Below the pieces are notes generated by a model. That model saw nothing but the letters and a program-made list of their open reading frames with translations. It was not told the origin of the DNA and did no database searches. Source: a virus (taxonomy: Duplodnaviria > Caudoviricetes). From it: a stretch of DNA of 64,000 nucleotides. The stretch covers positions 1-64,000 of the IMG/VR virus record IMGVR_UViG_3300029288_000056; one strand, written 5' to 3'. Each line of letters starts with the position of its first letter. Position 1 is the stretch's first letter. A program made the translations under genes and the position numbers. Positions 63,792-64,000 of this stretch are shown here, piece after piece.

Positions 63792-64000
63792 TACCTTCCG
63801 GGGCTACTTCCTTTTTATCACACGCGCACTCCGCACACTGACATTCGCCCTGCCCGTAGTTGTCCTTACGATCTTTAATAGCTTTTTGTAGGGCCATTCC
63901 TATGTCTAAGGCAAATTCCTCGTCGGAGCGAAGCAAATCCATGCGCCATGTGGTTTCGGTACCCGGCGATACATTATTAATATCGTCACCTAACGGACTA

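Noticed and set aside
1-64000. Stop-codon reassignment as seen in some large phages
   Set aside because: Terminase, portal, capsid and tape measure genes are intact in code 11, coding density is high, and TAA, TAG and TGA all end genes.

Overview
This window is part of the genome of a large tailed dsDNA bacteriophage (siphovirus-like, standard genetic code), almost entirely on the minus strand. In transcription order (right to left) it contains: ChaB, HNH and zincin-like genes; a five-gene glycosyltransferase/methyltransferase cluster (56.6-62.2 kb); a RuvC-like resolvase; a ~24 kb array of small acidic proteins (32.4-56.6 kb) interleaved with lysis genes; a tRNA/ncRNA island (29.5-31.4 kb); and a complete morphogenesis module (terminase, portal, protease, scaffold, capsid, neck, tail tube, tape measure, tail tip/fibre; 2-26 kb). 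The main observation is that more than 20 otherwise unrelated ORFs in the 32-57 kb array begin with one of three short shared leader peptides (MKYFKN-, MxxLxxFLN-, MNKWD-). These leaders are often followed by a basic...[LIF]-x-A motif, and the same motif separates domains inside longer ORFs and occurs near the N-termini of head-assembly proteins. I infer a capsid-targeting and prohead-protease processing system that packages a large modular cargo of internal proteins, analogous to the T4 internal-protein capsid targeting sequence but with Ala rather than Glu at the cleavage site. All functional calls are from motif recognition and synteny by eye; no database searches were run.
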